Assembly (NCBI GenBank): GCA_951406725.2
Contig: OX597828.1
Coordinates: forward strand, 53,568,001 to 53,632,000
Source of the DNA: Octopus vulgaris
Taxonomy: Eukaryota
DNA: 64,000 nt
Reading direction: 5' to 3'
Shown here: positions 58,766-64,000 of the stretch, one piece after another
Numbering within the stretch: the first letter of the stretch is position 1
Layout: each line of letters starts with the position of its first letter
Notes under the pieces: model-generated
Seen by the model: the letters and a program-made list of their open reading frames with translations, nothing else
What the model was told of the DNA's origin: nothing
The model's database searches: none
Position numbers and translations under genes: made by a program

Positions 58766-58842
<77 letters not shown>

Positions 58843-58870
58843 AAGTTTGTTTGGTAAAGCACGTGGGTGA

Positions 58871-59502
58871 ATATATAAGAAAATAGTAAAGTGTGAAAAA
58901 ACGACAGAAGGCTTAAATGTTAAAAAATATATATATTTGTGTCAAAATGTCTGGAGAATATTGGAAAAATTTTTTTTCCTTTCCTTAAAATGACATAATT
59001 TTAAAATTTTTAAAGAAATTACCGGTTTCGCGCAAAGCAACTACTGTCACAATTTTTAATCTTCCCATTTTACCAATGTGCTTTCGGATCATCAACACAA
59101 ATGAGACTGAACAAGGAAACATTCTTCATTGAAAAGTACAAACCCAGACTCAACCATCCGAACATACTGACACAGAGAAATTAACAAGGAAAAGGGAAAA
59201 AAAAAAAAAAAAAATTTTTAAGCGATTATCTCCCTTACACCGGAATAAATCACTTACTACCTCCCCTTATTTAGAAATCTCCTGGAAATAAAAACAACGA
59301 TAACTCCATGCAATATAAACATAACGTCACAAGAAATTTGAAAAGCTACACGCGAAACCGGTAATTTCTTTAAAAATTTTAAAATTATGTCATTTTAAGG
59401 AAAGGAAAAAAATTTTTCCAATATTCTCCAGACATTTTGACACAAATATATATATTTTTTAACATTTAAGCCTTCTGTCGTTTTTTCACACTTTACTATT
59501 TT

Positions 59503-59512
<10 letters not shown>
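58871..59512 (+). mobile_element. 5'-truncated Penelope-like insertion: inverted pLTR part, GIY-YIG C-terminus, pLTR
   Basis: ~161-bp near-perfect IR (58871-59032 / 59351-59511). Internal FLIFPFYQC...RLNKETFFIEKYKPRLN (stop 59182-59184). Ends in (TA)n. Confidence 0.88.
59331..59370 (+). ncRNA. Minimal type I hammerhead ribozyme fold, U3-A8 core variant
   Basis: aagaaat-TTGAAAA-gc(tacac)gc-GAAA-ccgg-TA-atttctt: 7-bp stem I, 2-bp stem II, palindromic stem III. Confidence 0.72.
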
Positions 59513-59555
<43 letters not shown>

Positions 59556-59652
59556 TTTATTTAATAGCATATACTAAATAAAGCATATTACTCTACTCTT
59601 GGTATTTGAGTACTCTTTTTTCCACCTTGTTTCACATTTATGTGTTTACTCC

Positions 59653-59719
<67 letters not shown>

Positions 59720-59907
59720 CTATTCTGTGTATATATACCATTCTGTAACGTGGATATACTGTACAGAGCCAGAAAACTGCGGCACTCGCCTCGAGAAAGC
59801 AAGTTGCGTTACGTACACGTCTAGTCCTGAAACATATAGTATACCAATGCTCAGCTAATTTGAATTAATACGGCTTCTGTGCGTATTAATCTAATAACGT
59901 GTATAAT

Positions 59908-60069
59908 GGTTTCATACGAAGAGAAATCACTTTTTGCCATGGTTTGTTTTCATTTTATGTTCGTGTTTGGTGCTCATCCGGTATTTAAGGAAGCCGGATG
60001 AGCACTCAACAGAAATACGGAATCAAGACAAACCATGGAGAAAAGACATTTCTCTTTTACACGAAACCA
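59908..60069. repeat. Imperfect foldback (MITE-like hairpin)
   Basis: tggtttc..agagaaat..ccatggtttgt..gtgctcatccgg / ccggatgagcac..acaaaccatgg..atttctct..gaaacca. Confidence 0.75.
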
Positions 60070-60404
60070 CTGATTAGACATGTTAACCAACAAATAAAAA
60101 TATTTATCCACGAATGAGGTGTTGAACTCTCATTCTCACTATATGAGATTAGAGTATACACCCGTATGTGTGTCTGTGTGCGTGCGTGTGTTTGTGTGTG
60201 TGTGGATGGATGGATGGGTGTATATATGTATATGTATGTATGATCGAATACCAGTAGGTACTATACAATTCGTCAAATGATATCTATGGTGGCTAAGTTC
60301 ATTCTTTCACATCAAAATCTTTGTTAACCTTATACAAACATTCTAATATATTAATGTATTTAATTAAGTAACTAATGTATATCTATACATGCTTGCAAGC
60401 TTGC

Positions 60405-60470
<66 letters not shown>

Positions 60471-60801
60471 ACATACATATAGATAGGTAAACAGATAGAC
60501 AGATATATATATATATAATGTATATATTAGAGATGAATATATATACGCACGTAGAAATATATATATATACGCTTCATGCTTATGTATATGTGTGTGCGTG
60601 TGTCCCTGTCTCTGTCTGTGTGTATGAGCGAGCGAACAGGCGTGTGTGTGTGTTTGTATGTATATATGTATGTATGTATGTATATTCACAGGCATATATA
60701 CAATGATGCCGGATTTATAAACTTCTTTTGTAAATTATTTGTCTTCATAAGTTTATGTGCGTGTTTATATGTGCCTGTGCGTTTGTGTGTGGGTATAGAA
60801 A

Positions 60802-60850
<49 letters not shown>

Positions 60851-61156
60851 TCATAATGAGATAAAGCGATATACAAAAAGACACATACATATACACATCA
60901 ATACATGTGTATCTATCTATTTCTCTATGTATCTACCTATCTTTATCTACACACACTCGTACGCGTGCGCGCGCGCACACACACGGTTCCCCAGATAATT
61001 TTTACAAGAGATGGATGATTGGGACTTCGAAGTTTCGTCCATGAAGACATCGCCACCATGGTGGTTCTACAGTGAGGGAAACTTAGATTCCACTAACAAC
61101 TACTTCTTTGCAAATACATTAATATATTTACAATAACACGCACACATGTATGTATG

Positions 61157-61220
<64 letters not shown>

Positions 61221-61318
61221 TGTATGTATGTATGTATACATACGTGTGTATATATATATGTATATATATATACATGTGTATGTCTCTCTGTGGGTATATA
61301 TATATATATACATATATA

Positions 61319-61351
<33 letters not shown>

Positions 61352-61450
61352 CATGTTTTTAATGCATTTATGTATACATAAACTACTATATATTTATATA
61401 AATATACATGCATATCTATTTTTACGTATATGTGTATAATTTGTCATATA

Positions 61451-61494
<44 letters not shown>

Positions 61495-61579
61495 TATCGA
61501 CAGCCGAGAATAATATCCTTAATGCAACCCGAGTAATGAAGGTTATTTATTCTTGAAAATCTTTTACAACAAACAATAG

Positions 61580-61614
<35 letters not shown>

Positions 61615-62145
61615 ACACACACTACGCGTGCACACACTCACAAGTACATATACATACACACACAAACATACAAACATGCATACACATGCACACACACACA
61701 CTACCCCCCCCCCCCCACCGATTCCAGCAGTTCTAATTACTACCATTAATATCGTGATGAATGCGACTCTACAATATGTAATCAATGTTTGGAATTACAC
61801 AACATTTAAAACTACCACTGCTACTACTACTACTACTACTACTACTACTATTTATCCTCGTCATCATCATTATCATTGTTGTTGTTGTTGTTGTTATAAG
61901 GAACTACTAATATTTGATAATTATGATAATGAGGTTGATGGCATCGGCGACGATGTTTATATTGATCATCACATTCATTCTGACGGCAGTTGTAATGATG
62001 GTGGAGGCGGTGATGACGACGACCATGACGCCGGGGTGGTGGTGGTGGTGGCGGCGGCGGTGCTGGAGGAGGAGGAGGTGTTAGTGGTGGTGGTTGTGGT
62101 GGTGGAGGTGGTTGTGGTGGAGTAGGAGGTGGTGGTGACGTTGAT

Positions 62146-62395
62146 GAAGAAGAAGAAGAAGAAGAATGAAGAAGAAGAAGAAGAAGAAGAAGAAGAAGAA
62201 GAAGAAGAAGAAGAAGAAGAAGAAGAAGAAGAAGAAGAAGAAGAAGAAGAAGAAGAAGAAGAAGAAGAAGAAGAAGAAGAAGAAGAAGAAGAAGGAAGAA
62301 GAAGAAGAAGAAGAAGAAGAAGAAGAAGAAGGGAAGAAGAAGAAGAAGAAGAAGAAGAAGAAGAAGAAGAAGAAGAAGAAGAAGAAGAAGAAGGG
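62146..62395. repeat. (GAA)n microsatellite, ~250 bp
   Basis: Seen directly; homopurine mirror repeat. Confidence 0.97.
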
Positions 62396-62667
62396 GAAGA
62401 AGCGAGGGAAGACGAAAAGTAAGGGAACGCCTAATATATCCGCCATTGTTTCCTACTTCTCTTAATTAACCTCAACATTTCTCAGAAAGTTTATTTCGCG
62501 TTTAAAATACGCCATGATGCTTTACCTCAGCAAACATGCTATGTCCCGCTGATTTCCTCATCAAAGACCTACCTATATGCTGCATGATTATTGCTCAACG
62601 TAAATTATTACCATTATTACCATCATCATCATCATCATCATCATCATCATTATCATCATCATTTTTA

Positions 62668-62890
62668 TTAGTACGCCGGGCGAAATGCGTAGCCGTAATT
62701 CGTCTGCCGTTACGTTCTGAGTTCAAATTCCGCCGAGGTTGACTTTGCCTTTCATCCTTTCGAGGTCGATAAATTAAGTACCAGTTACGTACTGCGGTCG
62801 ATGTAATCGATTTAATCCGTTTGTCTATCCTTGTTCGTCTCCTCTATGTTTAACCCCTTGTGGGTAGTAAAGAAATAGGTAAAATTTGAA
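62668..62890 (+). mobile_element. SINE family B
   Basis: Body and tail ending gtgggtagtaaagaaataggt. Confidence 0.92.
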
Positions 62891-64000
62891 ACCAACACTA
62901 ATTAGCAAAGATGCTAGTTCTAAAATCTCTCTACTGTGATTTGTAGTTAAAAAATCGCTGTAGAGTCCGCTCGAACAAATATTACTTGTCAATATTAATT
63001 ACTTGAGGTTCTTTAGGACAATCGAAATTATACTAGTATCCCTTTTGGTAATTGATCCGCCCCGTCATGAGCATATATACCTTTGTTACTTTGGACATCG
63101 TAAATTAAGTGAAGTAGAGGTTGGTTCATCAGAAAACTATAACGAAAGAATCTGTTGTTCTAAAAAAAATAGCCTGACATAGAAATAAATAAACAAATAA
63201 GGAAACATATGAATAAACATGGCGCGTGCCGCCGTCGATTCGCTTCTTAAGAGAGAAAAAAAAACTATGCTAAATGCCATATTGACCTTTAATATTAACC
63301 TTTCTGTGTAATGTATGTCAAATTGTTGAGACTACAACAAGTGTTTTTATTGGACTTATTCAAAAATATGTTTTTTTTTGGGGTTTTTTTTGAGGGTAAA
63401 ATAGAAAAGGAAAATTAAGTAGTTACCATAAGATTTATAAAAAATATTGTATTGTTTTGGGATAAAGGTGATATATTTTGGGGGATAGATTTGTGAATCT
63501 GACGTAGCATTAACATATAAGGAGGAGGAAAAAGCAATTTCTAAACAGATTATATATTTTGAGCAAAATATTTTCTTATTCTATGCAACAATCCTGACGC
63601 TGTTCTTTTTTGTATGTTTTTTTCTTTATTGTTATTGTTGTTGTTGTTGGTGGTGGTGGTGGTGGTGGTGCCTTTGTTGTTGTTGGTGGTGTTTTTGTTG
63701 TCGTTGCTTCTACTGTTGTTTTCACTTAAGAAGATAAAAAAAAATACAGTAGATTTTCTTTTCAAAAATTGGTATAAAGGCCACGGAGTTATAGAGTAAA
63801 AGATATCGGTCGGTTGAATAATTGATCCCACAGCATATGACAGGTACTTAATCATTTTATTGAGAATCTTCTCGACGAGTGAAAGTCAAATTCGACTCAG
63901 CAAGTATTTGAACTTACAACGTAAAGAATAATAACTAAATGCCACAACTCTACTAGTTCAGCCATTCCAATTACCCTTTTAAAAAATCACTTTCTTATAT

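Overview
Eukaryotic, AT-rich, repeat-saturated non-coding DNA. The microsatellite load ((TA)n, (CA)n, (GATA)n, (AAT)n, (GAT)n, (GGT)n, (GAA)n) and the tRNA-derived SINE families suggest a coleoid cephalopod, most likely Octopus; this is an inference from recalled repeat content, not a database hit. No host protein-coding exon could be supported, and nearly all listed ORFs are microsatellite translations. The window holds about 13 copies or fragments of one SINE (family A), about 15 of a second (family B), single copies of two more SINEs, and decayed mariner, Tc1, hAT-MITE, CR1-like, RTE-like, R4/Dong-like and Penelope-like (PLE) elements. The most notable signal is a set of PLE-type terminal repeats with minimal hammerhead ribozyme (HHR) folds. 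Two independent copies carry a compensatory U3-A8 core (TTGAAAA instead of CTGANGA) at 24820-24855 and 59331-59370. A 239-bp palindrome at 58305-58543 has an HHR-like fold on each strand. An element at 46551-46940 joins a tRNA head to a degenerate HHR. Also notable are a non-coding (AAT)n-targeting element clustered with R4/Dong 3' ends and a CR1-like LINE whose 3' tail matches SINE A. All coordinates, translations and folds were read by eye, so edges are approximate.
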